From contig OX597833.1 of the NCBI GenBank assembly GCA_951406725.2, forward strand, positions 42,222,001-42,286,000: 64,000 bases of DNA, written 5' to 3'. Both the position numbers and the translations under genes were made by a program. Below the pieces are notes generated by a model, which made no database searches, was not told the DNA's origin, and was given only the letters and a program-made list of their open reading frames with translations. Source of the DNA: Octopus vulgaris (Eukaryota). Positions 13,670 through 25,941 of this stretch are shown here, piece by piece. The first letter of the stretch is position 1. The number at the start of each line of letters is the position of its first letter.

Positions 13670-14270
13670 TCTGTCATTTTATCTCATCTTTTTTCCCCTA
13701 CCCCCAACTCCCACCCAATTCTATATCTGTCCACTCCCTTCTCTTCATACTCTTCTACCACTTCTATATTTGTGTTCCTCGCACCCCCCCACGCTTCTGT
13801 AAATTAACACCATCACTACCATACCACTATCATCCCCTGACTTCCCCTTCCCCCCCACGTCTGTCCGGATTTGACCACCACTACAATCACCACTATCACC
13901 CCCATTACTATCTGTCCCCCAATCTCTTCCCCTTCCTCTATATCTATTGAGCCACTACCTTCTCATCCCCCCTACATCACCTCATCCCCACCTCTCCCTT
14001 TCTGTTCCCTCCCACCATTTTTTTATATCTGTCCACTATCACCTTTCTTCATCTCCTGCTCCCACCTCTATATCTGTTCACCACCACCACCACCACCACC
14101 ACTACTTTCTTTCTCCTACCACTTCTATATTTCTTCACCATCACCTTCTTCTCCATCTCCCTCCCTCCCTCCCTCCTTCCCACCACTTCTATATCTGTCT
14201 ACCACTATACTACCACCACTGCCATTTCATCCTTTGTCCCCTCCTCCAACCTCTGTGTCTGTCCATTTAT
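13670..14270. repeat. C/T-rich low-complexity array with recurring core TCTATATCTGTCCAC
   Basis: Core variants near 13719, 13762, 13908, 13937, 14022, 14067, 14123, 14187 and 14251. Confidence 0.6.
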
Positions 14271-16057
14271 ATATTCTGTAGTGTAATTCACCATTGAAAA
14301 TTTGCACAGTTTTTTTTTTTCCCATCCTCATCTTTTATTCATATATGTATGTATGTAAATGGCATTTTACTGAAATTCAGTTTGCTTTTACAATTGCTAC
14401 TCCGACTTCCCAGTAATTTCCTTGTTGTTGTTGATGACGTTCATATCATAGTTGTTGTTGCTGTTCGGATGTATTTGTTGAGGTTGTTGTTATCACCGCC
14501 ACAGTTTGATGTTGTTCAACTGTTGCATAAGCTGACCGATTCTTCTCAGTCCTACCCCAGCTCTTTCCAAGCTTCCCTTTTTACTTCTGTAACTGCAGCT
14601 CCTCTTACTATCTCTGCCTCTCTGCTTATCAATCTCTCTTAGCCTTGCTATCAATCTATGTATCTGTCTCACTCTGTCAGTGTATCTCATCACTCACCAC
14701 AACTCTCTTTCTCTCTCTCACTCTCTGCATCTATTTCTTGCTTACACACACACACACACGCGTGCGCACACATGCATGCACTCACATGTGTGCACACACC
14801 TTGTCTTAGTCTCTCTCTCTCTCTCTCTCTCTCTCTACCAATAAGCCTTTTGGGTTCCATAATGCCATCTACTCTCCCTCTCTCTCTGCCTACCAATTTC
14901 TGTCACTGTCTATCTCTATATTTCCCCACTCCGTTTGTCTCTATCTGTGTGTGCACGTACATGTATGTATATATATATGTACACATACACACACACATGT
15001 ATATGCATGTATGTAAATGTATATATATATGCATATGTTTGCATATATATATATATATACATATATGTATTATATGTATGCATGTATATGTATATACATG
15101 TTATAAATATGCATATATGCATGTATGTGTATTTATATGTATATATGTCTGTGCACGTGCATGCATGCACACACACACCTAGCTTTCTTTGTGTCTCTCA
15201 TACTCTCACATACTCACGCTTTGTCTTAGTCTCTCTCTTTGCCAATAAGCCTTTTTAGTTCCATAATTCCAACAGCTTTCTGTCTCTTTTACTCAATCCC
15301 ACTTTCTATCTTTCTCTCTCTCACTCTCTCACTCACTTTCACGTACCTCTCTCTCTTCCTCTCTCTCAATCTCTCATCCTTCATTGAGCATTTTCATAAC
15401 TTGGTTCTGATTAGAAAATAATCATAAATCTTTCAAATACCAATACTTATGGGAGGTTCTTACTTTTTGTTTATGTGTTTTGTATCTTTATGTTTGAGTT
15501 TGTTTATACTTGTGTATTTGTCTGTGTTTATATATGTATATATATATATATGTGTGTGTGTGTTTATATGTGCTTATTTATGTATGTGTGTTTGTGTTTA
15601 TGTATGTTTTTTGTTTATTGACCCTTGTCCTTTCTTCTACCTCTTCCCAGCATCAACTACATTCACTGCTTGCCCTTTAATTTGTATTACAGACACACTC
15701 ACACACACATACATACACACACAAATATATATTATATATCTATGCACATACTTATATGCATAAATATATACATATTCATATATAATTACTTGCATACATA
15801 CAAACATATATATACATACATACACACACACGCACACAAACACAAATAAATATGCAAATAAAATTCATATGTATATACATATGTAAAGACACACACACAC
15901 ATTATGATGCAAAAGAAATTCAAATAACCTGTTTTCTAATCATTTTGAAATTACTGTTATGATAATAGACTTCTCAGTTTCAATTCCTGTCCATTTTCCA
16001 TCTCCATTGTTACTATACATTAATGTGTTGCAAAGAGCACATCATATTTACAACCCA

Positions 16058-16060
<3 letters not shown>

Positions 16061-16122
<62 letters not shown>
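16061..16122. repeat. (TA)n microsatellite
   Basis: Pure dinucleotide run. Confidence 0.95.
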
Positions 16123-16126
<4 letters not shown>

Positions 16127-16927
16127 GATAAAGCACAAAATCATAATCTAAAATTAAAACAAACACAAAAATAAAACAAAATATCAGGCCCTTTCCTCTT
16201 AGGGAAATATGCACCAAAGTTCTATAAAACCTTAATTTCGCATTCAACATTAAAAGAATTACTGTTTCGACTTTAATAGAGGATTGAGCAGATAAATGAA
16301 AAGGGAGGAAAAGGTTTTGTTTATAAATAACAATACTGTTTCTGAGATTCATTTAAGTAAAATTTGGTTTTTTTTTTAAAAATAACATTAGCATTGGTTC
16401 TCTTATGTTTATTTTATTACTGTTCTTTTATTGAATTTTGATATTGCTAGTTTTTTTAAAACTGTTTTTCTTTTTTGTGTCTTTCTGTTGCCATTGACAT
16501 TGACAACTCTTTAAGTGCTGTATCTACTATAAGAATCTCATGTAGCAAACATGTTTCCAAACTTTACTTGGTGCAAGATGAGTTGGTGGGTGGTGGGGGG
16601 ACTTCTATGTAGTCTCTGAAGCTGCTAGCAATAACTGTTAAATCTTTCTTCAAGTCTTACTCTACTGTCTTAAAAATTAAAGGACACATTTGATAATGTC
16701 ACTCTAGATATACCATTGTCTCAATAAAAGATGGAATAATCACTGCTGAAAAGTCTTTGAATATAAGTTTGTTGGATTAGAATTTACTTGGGGCTAAACA
16801 GTACAATCATTCCAAGACAATGTAGGGTCCACTGACTTGTTATTTGGTATGTTACAAACTAGGAGTCAAACAGCTCTCAAATAACACCTTTAAAAAAGAG
16901 AAAGAAATATAGAATGATGTAGTTTAA

Positions 16928-17096
16928 CCCTTTAACATTTAAACTGGCCATATTCAGCCTCTCATGCCTACCCTACAATGTCATACTAAAAATAAAAATC
17001 ATTGAAATCTCAACACAAAAAGATAATGCATGATAATTTAAAATAACATGTATAAATAAACATTACATTAGACAGAATAACCTGAATTCTAAAGGG
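16928..17096 (+). mobile_element. piggyBac-type MITE (TTAA-flanked family)
   Basis: ttaa|cccttt ... aaaggg|ctga; same internal sequence as copies at 35900, 41100 and 56570. Confidence 0.7.
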
Positions 17097-17266
17097 CTGA
17101 AGATGATCTAACTGAATGAAAAAAAGAAGCCAAAATGGTTATGGCTATAATACTGGTGATCATAAGACTGCTAGATCAGGGCTATCTGGGGGTTAAACAA
17201 CAACTTTGCCTTATATTAACCACCTGAGTTTAAAGATCCCTATCAGACTGTTCTGTTTCAACATAT

Positions 17267-17569
17267 GGAGGCATGTGGGCTAGTGGTTAGAGCAGTGGAC
17301 TCGCGGTCGAAGGATAGCGGGTTCGAATCTCAGACCGGGCGATGTGTGTGTTTATGAGCAAAACACCTAAGCTCCATGCAGCTCCAGCAGAAGGTAATGG
17401 CGAACTTCTGCTGACTCTTTTGCCACAACTTTCTCTCACTCTTTGCCCCTGCATCTTGCAGCTCACCTGCGACGAACCGGCGTCCCGTCCAGGTGGGGAA
17501 CCTATACGCCAAGGAAACCGGGAAATCGGCCCTTATGAGCTTGACATGGCTCGAGGAGGAACAAAAAAA
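17267..17569 (+). mobile_element. tRNA-derived SINE family D (V-domain-like), full length
   Basis: A-box tgggctagtggtt, B-box ggttcgaatct, cctgcgacgaaccggcgtcccgtccagg motif; TSD tttcaacat at 17256-17264 and 17570-17578. Confidence 0.85.
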
Positions 17570-18049
17570 TTTCAACATGTGTTGACAAGATGGAATTTTG
17601 TCAATTGAGGCTGCTTTTTATGGTTTATTCTTTTCTACCAAGGTACAACAATAAATACTTTGATAGTTAAAACTGTAGTGTACCAAACCTAGTGTGTTAT
17701 GCTGTGGTAAGGGGCCATGATTTCGCAAGAAGAGTACTGTTTCATCTCTCTGTTCTGAGTTTTAGGTTCCACACTGTCAGTTAACATTTTAGGTTAGGTA
17801 AACTAACAGTTATTGTTATTGTGGTTAAGGTGATGAGCAGGCTGAATAGTTAGCTTGTTAGACAAAATTCTCAGTCATTTTTCCTACTCTTTACATGCTA
17901 AGCTTAAATCTCATTGAGATTAACTTTGCCTTTTGTCCTTTCAGGAATGATAAAATAAAGTACCGGTTCTGCTCTGGGGTTGATGTAATTGACTAGGTCC
18001 CGCCTATAAAATTTCAGGTCTTGTGCCTATATTAGAAAGGATTATTATT

Positions 18050-18260
18050 TTTGTTGGTTTATCCAGGTCAACCTTGACCCAGCAGATCTATGATAAAAAG
18101 TGTTCCAACTATAACCCACTTGTCTTTTTAGGATTATCTAAGGTCTGTGTTTTCTAATGTGCTGTTTTCTTTTTTAAACTGGCAGACATTATTTGAGGGA
18201 CATTTGGTTGTTATTTCTTGCAGATTGAAGAACCGACTAGTAGCTCCTTTATTGGCTTGA
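18050..18260. mobile_element. Ancient abundant interspersed repeat (representative copy)
   Basis: Motifs caggtcaaccttgacccagcagatctatgat and atttgagggacatttggttgttatttct; diverged copies near 5500, 16600, 25745, 27785, 28785, 41425 and 51860. Confidence 0.6.
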
Positions 18261-18478
18261 ATAAATATCTGTAATATATTGTGGTTGTTATGAAACAGCT
18301 GTGCTCCATCCAGTCCGATAAAATATTGATCTTGTATTTAGTCAAATATAATCAGTATTAGACACGTCTTTAATTAAATTTTGCACCAAGTAAAATTGTC
18401 AAATTTTCAGTTTATTGTATAAATTAAAAATTTACATTTTCCATATCCTTGTCTTTTATACTATATAATCTATTCGTT

Positions 18479-18936
18479 CATATGTTAATGAGTTTTTTTT
18501 TTAACTTGCCTTTCTTGTATGTTAATGAGACCTTTTCATACCCTACTTTCTTCATATGTTAATGAGACATTTCCTTTATGACGTCTTTTTCAAATAAAGC
18601 CCTCTCTTACCGTGTTTTCTTCATATTTTAATGAAACCCTCCCTTATTATGTCTTCTTTATTTGTTAATGAGGATCTTTCTGACCTTGCTTTCTCATGTT
18701 GATGGGGCCTTTTCCTACACTACTTTTTTCATATGTTAATGACACTCTCTCTTCCTCATATATTAAAGAGGCTCTCTATGACTGTTCATCTTTCTCATAT
18801 GTTAATTAGGCCTTCTTCAATCCTATTGTCCTCTTATGATAATGAGGCTCTCTCTGACCCTCTCATTCTCATATGCTAATGAAGCTCACTTTAACCTTGT
18901 TTTCTTTATATGCTAATGAGACTCTCTAACCTTGTT
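18479..18936. repeat. 37-bp-period tandem array, 12 recognisable units, conserved core CATATGYTAATGAG
   Basis: Core starts at 18479, 18516, 18553, 18622, 18659, 18695, 18730, 18757, 18796, 18833, 18870 and 18907. Confidence 0.85.
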
Positions 18937-20054
18937 CAGGTGTTCCTAAATTCTTTCTTCTCTCGATGCTTTTCTTTTCATGGTCTGTAGTTTCCTGTGC
19001 ATACTTATAAATTGTAAAATATCTTGAAGCTCTTTGTTTCACTTGTAACCTGTGACATCATTTCATTTTCTAAATTCTTACCAGGTATAGGAATAACACA
19101 TTCACTAGAGATGCTCAGTCACAAAAGTAGCTACTAAATTCAGATGTTGTCTCTAATTCATTATAAAAATGATCTTCGCACTTTTGCTACCAATGAGTCC
19201 AGTTGTAACTGAAAATTTCAGTCCTATCTTTGTCACTCCTTGTGGATTGCCAGTTGAACTTTGGAGAATTAGATGAATCCCTGGGATCATTCACTAATGA
19301 GTTTCATTAGCATGATGGAAGAGATGGGAGTTTTCAAAGTTTCTATGTTGAGATGACAAAAGGCCTTCCAGATTGGGGAGAGATGCCAATGTCACAGTCT
19401 CTTGCGATTGATTTTGATGCCTTCTTTACTGTGTAAGGGGTAATGACAGCTTCTGCATTTGCTTCGGGGACTGTTATTTTTACTGCTGCTGAGTTCCCAC
19501 ACATGCTCCCAGGAAGTGAATTTGATGAGCTTCCTGGTATAGCTGCTACTAATTTGGTCATAAAATGGACTGTGCTATGACACGGAGTTGAATATCCCTG
19601 GTATAAAATATTCATCAGTGTCTCGGTTAATTTTTGTTCCTGGTAGCAGTTGTCCATTTATTCATCCCAATGTTGTATATATTTCAATTGTTAGAAATAA
19701 TTATTAGCCAAGCAACAGTCTGTTGAGATAACATGAACTATAAATATACTTGTTCATGTCTTGGCTAATCTTTCAACAGAATTTGCATATTTGGTCCTCT
19801 TGATTTTTGCATATATTCTAATTGTTTGAAATAATTTTTTAATTTTAAAAAAGTGTATAAAAAACTTGAGTTCTATTGTGTCTGTGCTCACGGCCAAAAA
19901 ACAAACAATCCATTAAAATAACATATGCACTTTAAATACATGTGTCGGTATATCAAATAATCTTTCGTTTAGATCAAATTTGCATTTTGTGCTCTCAATT
20001 TTGCATATATTTCAGTTGTTAGAAATAATTATTAATTAATAAAGAAAATATACT

Positions 20055-20445
20055 CCCAGGCACAGACATGGGTGTGTATTTAAGAAGTCTGCTTTCCAAT
20101 CATGTGGTTTTGAGGTCATTCCCACTGCATAATACCTTGAGCAGTTGTCTTCTACTTTAGCCCTAGGTTGACCTTTGTCTTGCGAAGGAATTTGATGGAC
20201 AGAAATTATGTAGAAGATCATTGTGTGTGTGTCTTTGTGTCTGTGTTTTCCTTGCTGATCAGTTGACAACTGATATTGATTTGTTTACATCCCTGTAATT
20301 TAGTGTTTGGCAATAGAAACCAATAGAATAAGGACCAGATTAAAAAAAAAACAAGTCCTGTGGTTGATTTGTTTGACTAGACCCTTCAAGGTGATACTCT
20401 AGCATGGTGCATGATTGCTGTCCAATGACTGAAACAAATAAAAGA
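20055..20445 (+). mobile_element. SINE family B, old copy
   Basis: Same head (ccttgagcagttgtcttctact) and tail (atgactgaaacaaataaaaga) as the other family B copies. Confidence 0.7.
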
Positions 20446-21273
20446 TTTTAGCTGAGTTCCCGAGTTTCTGTCCTCTTGCACTGAAAAACCAAAAGATGGT
20501 TGAAGTGGCACATGAACTATAAATATATGTGTCAGTGTATCAACTAATCTTTCTTGTGAATTATACAAAAAAAAAAACACAAACAAAAAAAGTAATCTTA
20601 GTGAAATGCTTTCCTATCATATCTTGGCCAAAATATTTTTTGCTTTTCTCTCTCCTTCTATAATGAAATAGTATAGTGCAATTAATGAAATAATATATTA
20701 TTAAATAATATATTAATGAAATAATATAGTTGTGTTGTACAGAAAAGATTCAGCCAAATTGAAATGACCCATATATACATAAATATTAAGGACCTTATAG
20801 TTGAAATGAAAAAGAAAAGAAAACTGAGTTATATTAATACATAAATGTATGTACTTTGTTCCATTAAATTGAAGTTTCTTCTCTGACAAAAAAGAAAAAT
20901 TAATTAGTATTGACTCCTGGCAAAATAAGTCTCTCACATACAAAAGAGATGAATAAGCAATAGACTAGTGGTTATATTTATATATGAATGTATATATTTG
21001 GAAAAGTGACAGAAAAAGTAAAATAATTTTGCCATAGAAAGTGTAGTTCCTTACTGTTTGAATAGGATCCTTCATCAGGGTTAAGATGAAGGGGGAAAAA
21101 GGAAAGATTAGAGAGTTTTATGTCAGTATAATACAAGGTTTGTCAATAAAGACCACTACTAGCATCCTTGGATTCTATTTAATATTATAAATATATATAA
21201 TATAACATATAATATAAAATTTATTATATATATATTATATGTTATATATATTATATATAAATATAAATATATA

Positions 21274-21780
21274 TTATAAGTTATACTTGGTATGGATCAA
21301 ATGGTTTCCTTTGTTTTTTACAGACATGAATTGACTTCTTCTCAATACATATGAACTGTGTTGAATGTTCTCATGCACCATAGATCTAATAGTCAACTCT
21401 AGTTCCTGAAGCTCTTTGGCGATGACCCTTATTGATTTTTTTCCCAGGATCATCAACGATAATATTTTGAACCAGTTGGACGAATTGCAGTATCCTCATA
21501 GTGTCCAAATGCATAGAATGTTTTTTTTTTTTTTGATAGAGGAAATATTCGTCACAGTTCCATTTGAACTTTGTGTACAAAATATCTTGCAACATTTAGA
21601 AAGTTGGCAATTTCTAATTTCCAGTGTTCTGCACATATAGCAACAATGACTGCATGTTCTTTTCATTTCTTGTAACTTCTTATCTGCTATGGGAGATCTG
21701 AAAGAAATAAAACCTTTAAATTGGTTTGAAGAGAGTAATATACTGATATTTAAGTGTCCTCAAATACCCCTCGCACCCTA
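21274..21780 (-). mobile_element. Tc1/mariner superfamily (maT/DD37D-like) transposon 5' fragment
   Basis: Minus-strand translation FVQLVQNIIVDDP / KSIRVIAKELQELELTIRSMVHENIQHSSYVLRRSQFMS is a transposase HTH region; putative terminus ta|gggtgcgagggg at about 21780. Subfamily call is tentative. Confidence 0.7.
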
Positions 21781-21802
21781 TACATATATGTATGTATTCT
21801 CA

Positions 21803-22320
21803 CAGACCTGTTGAGGCAAGTGAGAATCAAAATCGAAATCGATCACCATCAATGGAAATTGTAGTTGTGATACCAGTGCCGGTGGCATGTAAGCGAACCA
21901 TCTGAATGTGGCCATTGCCAGTGCTGCCCCAACGGGCCTCCATGCCGGTGGCACATAAAAAGCACCATCCGATTGTGGCTGTTGCCAGCCTTGCCTGGCC
22001 CCCGTGCCGGTGGCATGTAAAAAGCACCATCCGATCATGGCTGTTGCCAGCCTGGCCTGGTCCCCGTGCTGGTGGCATGTAAAAAGCACCATCCGACCGT
22101 GGCCGTTTGCCAGCCCCGTCTGGCACCTGTGCCAGTGGCACGTAAAAAGCACCCACTACACTCACGGAGTGGTTGGCGTTAGGAAGGTCATCCAGCCATA
22201 GAAACATTGCCAGATCAGACTGGGCCTGGTGCAGCCTTCTGGCTTCCCAGACCCCAGTTGAACCGTCCAACCCATGCTAGCATGGAAAGCGGACGCTAAA
22301 TGATGATGACGATGATGATG
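21803..22320 (+). mobile_element. Family C RTE-related retroposon with internal ~62-bp tandem units and (GAT)n tail
   Basis: Unit gtgccggtggcaygtaaaaagcacc starts at about 21876, 21942, 22004, 22066 and 22129, then ggttggcgttaggaagg, catgctagcatgg and gatgatgat. Confidence 0.85.
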
Positions 22321-22999
22321 TATACCGGGTATCCCAACATGGCTGCTGTTCAATAGGTTAAAGAATAAATTAATATAAATTATTATCATCAATATCCTCA
22401 AGCATGGCTATTTGCAGCCATGTGGTTTTGGGTTCAGTCCCTGTGTATGGCATCTTGGCCAAGTGTCTTCTTAATTCCAAGTCAACTAAAGCCTTATGAA
22501 TGAATTTGGTAGGCAGAAAATGAAGTGTGTGTGTTTATTTTATTGATGACAGTGCAAGTTAGAAATGAAATATTACAAAGCCTCATTGTGGTTAAATAAA
22601 AATGTAAGCACATTCTTTCTATACTATTGATATGTGGAGAAAAAAAGAGGGAGTCTCCTGATGGACTATTTCACAGTTTGTTGACCATTCCTTAGAGATG
22701 TATGGAAACTGGGTACTTCTTCACTATGAAATGGTCCATCAAGAGACACCATCACACATTTTTGAAGTTATAGGAAGTAATAGTTAAATGTGATTGAGGG
22801 CGATGAACTTTTATGAGTGGGAGGGGAAATAAAAGGATAAATGGGATGATAGGCATGGAAAGGAAAAATAGAAATCAAAATAAGATAGGTGAATCATAGA
22901 AGGAAAACAGGAAAATAATTGAGCAAAGAAAGTTTAAGGCAAAACAATTTCGGGTGTCTGAACATTTATGTACTTCTAATAAAGTGAAGTTGGTGTTTC

Positions 23000-23545
23000 T
23001 CATGTAATAGGTGCTTTACAAAGTGTCTGCATTTTCTGAATATTTTTGATTTAATGATTAAAAGTTTTGTTTAAACAAAATTTTTGAGAATTCTTGAGCA
23101 TAGATCAAATCAATTTGCTTTAAATTTAGTAGGTATCCAGATCTTTCCAGGATTTTCTATTTAATACTATAGACTGAATTTTACTTTTAATCTCCAGATG
23201 CTGGGATTCAATTTTGTAGTGTTATTTTTACCTGTATGTTCAAAGGAGGATATATGATGATAAAATAGTCATGTGAATTTTGTACAAGTTTGGTTTCCAT
23301 GGCGTAACATCTGCCTCATAAAATTTTTGCTTACTCATTACAGGATAGAGTTTGTATAGTGGGCATGTATTAGGATTCCTGAATGAACATGTGCTTCATG
23401 TTTCACAGGTGTTGTGCAACTATATCTATTTGAGAATTTTATTTGTTGAAAAGGACTCTATATCTATAATCAAGAAAGGCATGTTTATCTATTTGTGTTA
23501 GGAAGTCTCTCTTCCTATATTAGGTTTTACACTGTGTGACCAGTG
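23000..23545 (-). pseudogene. Penelope-like element C-terminal (GIY-YIG endonuclease region) relic
   Basis: Minus-strand pieces SHSVKPNIGR..FLTQIDKH, CSFRNPNTCPL, FYEADVT, FYHHISSFEH..NTTKLNPSIWRLK, IK*KILERS, DLCS and LLIIKSKIFRKCRHFVKHLL follow the motif order of invertebrate PLE C-termini; many stops and frameshifts. Confidence 0.8.
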
Positions 23546-25941
23546 TGTGTGTGTGTGTGTATGCATATACTAAATCTATCTACCCTGACAGCAATAATAA
23601 TGATGATGATTTCTTAAGCAGAAGGCCACATACCTCGATATACTGGTCTATGTAGAGTTTAGAAGACAGCCTCCTTCTCAAGAACTCCTGATGCTTTTGC
23701 ATATTCCCCTGACTATCTCTACCTGCATTAGAGACAACTGTTATGTAAAATCACATCAAGTAACCTCCTTGTTCCCTCATTCTATAACTAAGCAATCCCT
23801 CTCCCCTAAATCACTAAAACATATCATGAGGACTCAACAACCTGTATCACAGAGAGTAACTGTTTAGGAAGGTAGTAGCTCTTAATAAGAAATGATACTG
23901 GTGGAAGTATAAGGGGCAACCACTGTAGTTTTAGTTGCATGATGAAATGCACTGGATACACTCTGTAAAGTGGTTTATAATATAAAGGACATCCAAAACC
24001 ACGAATGTGTGGGTGATATATGGATTCTGCAAGCTGTATCACAAACTACCTCTCTATAAGGGAAGGTAGTAATTCCCAATAACAACTGATTCATAATAGA
24101 GAGACATTTTGTCCTCCTTGTATGAGACAACCTCTTTAGCGAAGTAGCATCATTAAATGCACTTAAATATATACATTAAATTTGGTTAGTTTTCTTTGGT
24201 GTTGCATATGTTAAACGAGACCCATTCAACCCATGCTAGCATTGAAAAACTGATATAAAATGTTGATGGTATGACAATTCTGTCAATAATTTAGAAGATG
24301 GAATAGAAATTTGAAATTTTGATTCCACTTAAAGATACATAACTGTTACAATCTGAATAGAGCATAATTGAGCCTTACCTTTAATTGCAAATCTAGAGTA
24401 CATTGTGAGGGCGTATTGTTATGTATGCCTGCAAATGCTACAAAGCCTGTCAAGAACAAGGAAGCCAACTGCAGTCATAATTGGTAAGAAGCCATGTGGT
24501 TGTCTATGGATTTCAAGTGTCAGAACAATTTTATGGCACGGGTCAACTTAGTCAGCAAATTAAATGGTTACTGTTGTAGAACCATGAAATATATCCATGA
24601 ATAAATTGCTGTGATCGTACATATGGAATATTCATCAATATTCTGATAAATATCATCGTCCTCTTTTTCTATTGCTCTTTATTATTCATGAGCTAAGATG
24701 GAGAAGATAGGTGTTGGACGCTTCATGAATAATATTGAATGAATATATTTTCAGCCTGCGATCATGTTGTCAATACAATATCAGCAGGCAGTGTTCACTT
24801 AGATATCAATCACTGACCACTTCACCACTCCTTTTCTCCTCTTTCTCTTTATTCTCTCTCTCTCTCTCTTGTCCTATGTATCTCTAAACCTATCTAGCTA
24901 TCTACCTACCAACCTATTTACCTATATATATACATACATACACATATATCAACATTCTATCTACCTATTTATCTATACTGTATCTATCTATCTGTTTATC
25001 TGTTTCTATATCACCATATATCTCCATTTAGCTATCTGCCAACCTATATATCTATTTACATGCTGTCTGTTTTTCTGTTTGAATATTTTTTCCATTAATA
25101 ATTTTTGTACTGCTTATTTTCTTATTTTGTTAATTTCTTTGTGTATTTCTACATTATATACAACTTCTTGCTTTAAGGTTAAGAATTTGAGCCCTATTTT
25201 TGAGAGATTTAAGGCAACTTTGTCTATTTGGTAAGTTGTGAGATAGATTTTAATATATATAGTAGCAACATGTTACCTAGCCTTTTTGTGATCTTAAGAG
25301 AAGTTGTTTCAAAAAGTTTTGCATTTTATTGTTTGAAAACAGGACGAAATGTAAATTGAAATTATAAATTATTTTAATTTATGGCTTAAGGTGGCAATTA
25401 TTTATATTGACTTTCATAAGTGGTAGTGAAAGGAAAGAACTTGTTAGTTCAGGTTGAGGGTTTCTTTGTCTGCAGGAAAGGATAGTTAAAAGCTATACAA
25501 GTAAAGATAGGACTAAGAAACTTATCAAAACAAAAAAAACATCAGATTAAAATGGCAAGGGAGACTACTCCAGAATTAAAAAAATTGAATTGTGGAATGC
25601 AGTGATGATTGAGTGATCTTTGGTATATATTAGATATATTTTAGTTTTATTAAACCTCTTCTGCAAAGCATAATCTTTATCATTACTGCTAGAGCTTAAG
25701 ATGAGTGGTAGTCAAGCTACACTGTGAAAACTGCTGAATTTAGAGAGTTTTTGTTTAACTCTCGGTCAGCACTGATCCAGCAAACTTATGATCAAAAACA
25801 TTTCAGCTTTGATCATTCTGTCTTTTTCTTTTGCTAGCATTGTGCACTTAAAACAAAATATCTTATGTATCTTTGCTCTTTTAATGTGATTTGAGTGGGG
25901 TTTGTGCTGCTCTTTCTAACGAGTCAAGTAATCACATAGAG

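Noticed and set aside
14349-14693. First exon or small ORF in a CpG-containing patch
   Set aside because: ORFs are short and low-complexity, with no recognisable domain or clear splice structure.
17267-17340. tRNA gene
   Set aside because: A and B boxes continue into a SINE body with a TSD; no convincing cloverleaf or terminator. The same applies to the other SINE heads.
18479-18936. CRISPR-like appearance (conserved repeat plus variable spacers)
   Set aside because: Core is only ~14 nt and degenerate, spacers are related low-complexity pyrimidine tracts, there are no cas genes, and the context is eukaryotic.
24400-24820. Possible MULE-type transposase relic (CDRTYG, DKYHRP, FMNNIE)
   Set aside because: Motifs are too short and scattered over frames to support without a profile search.
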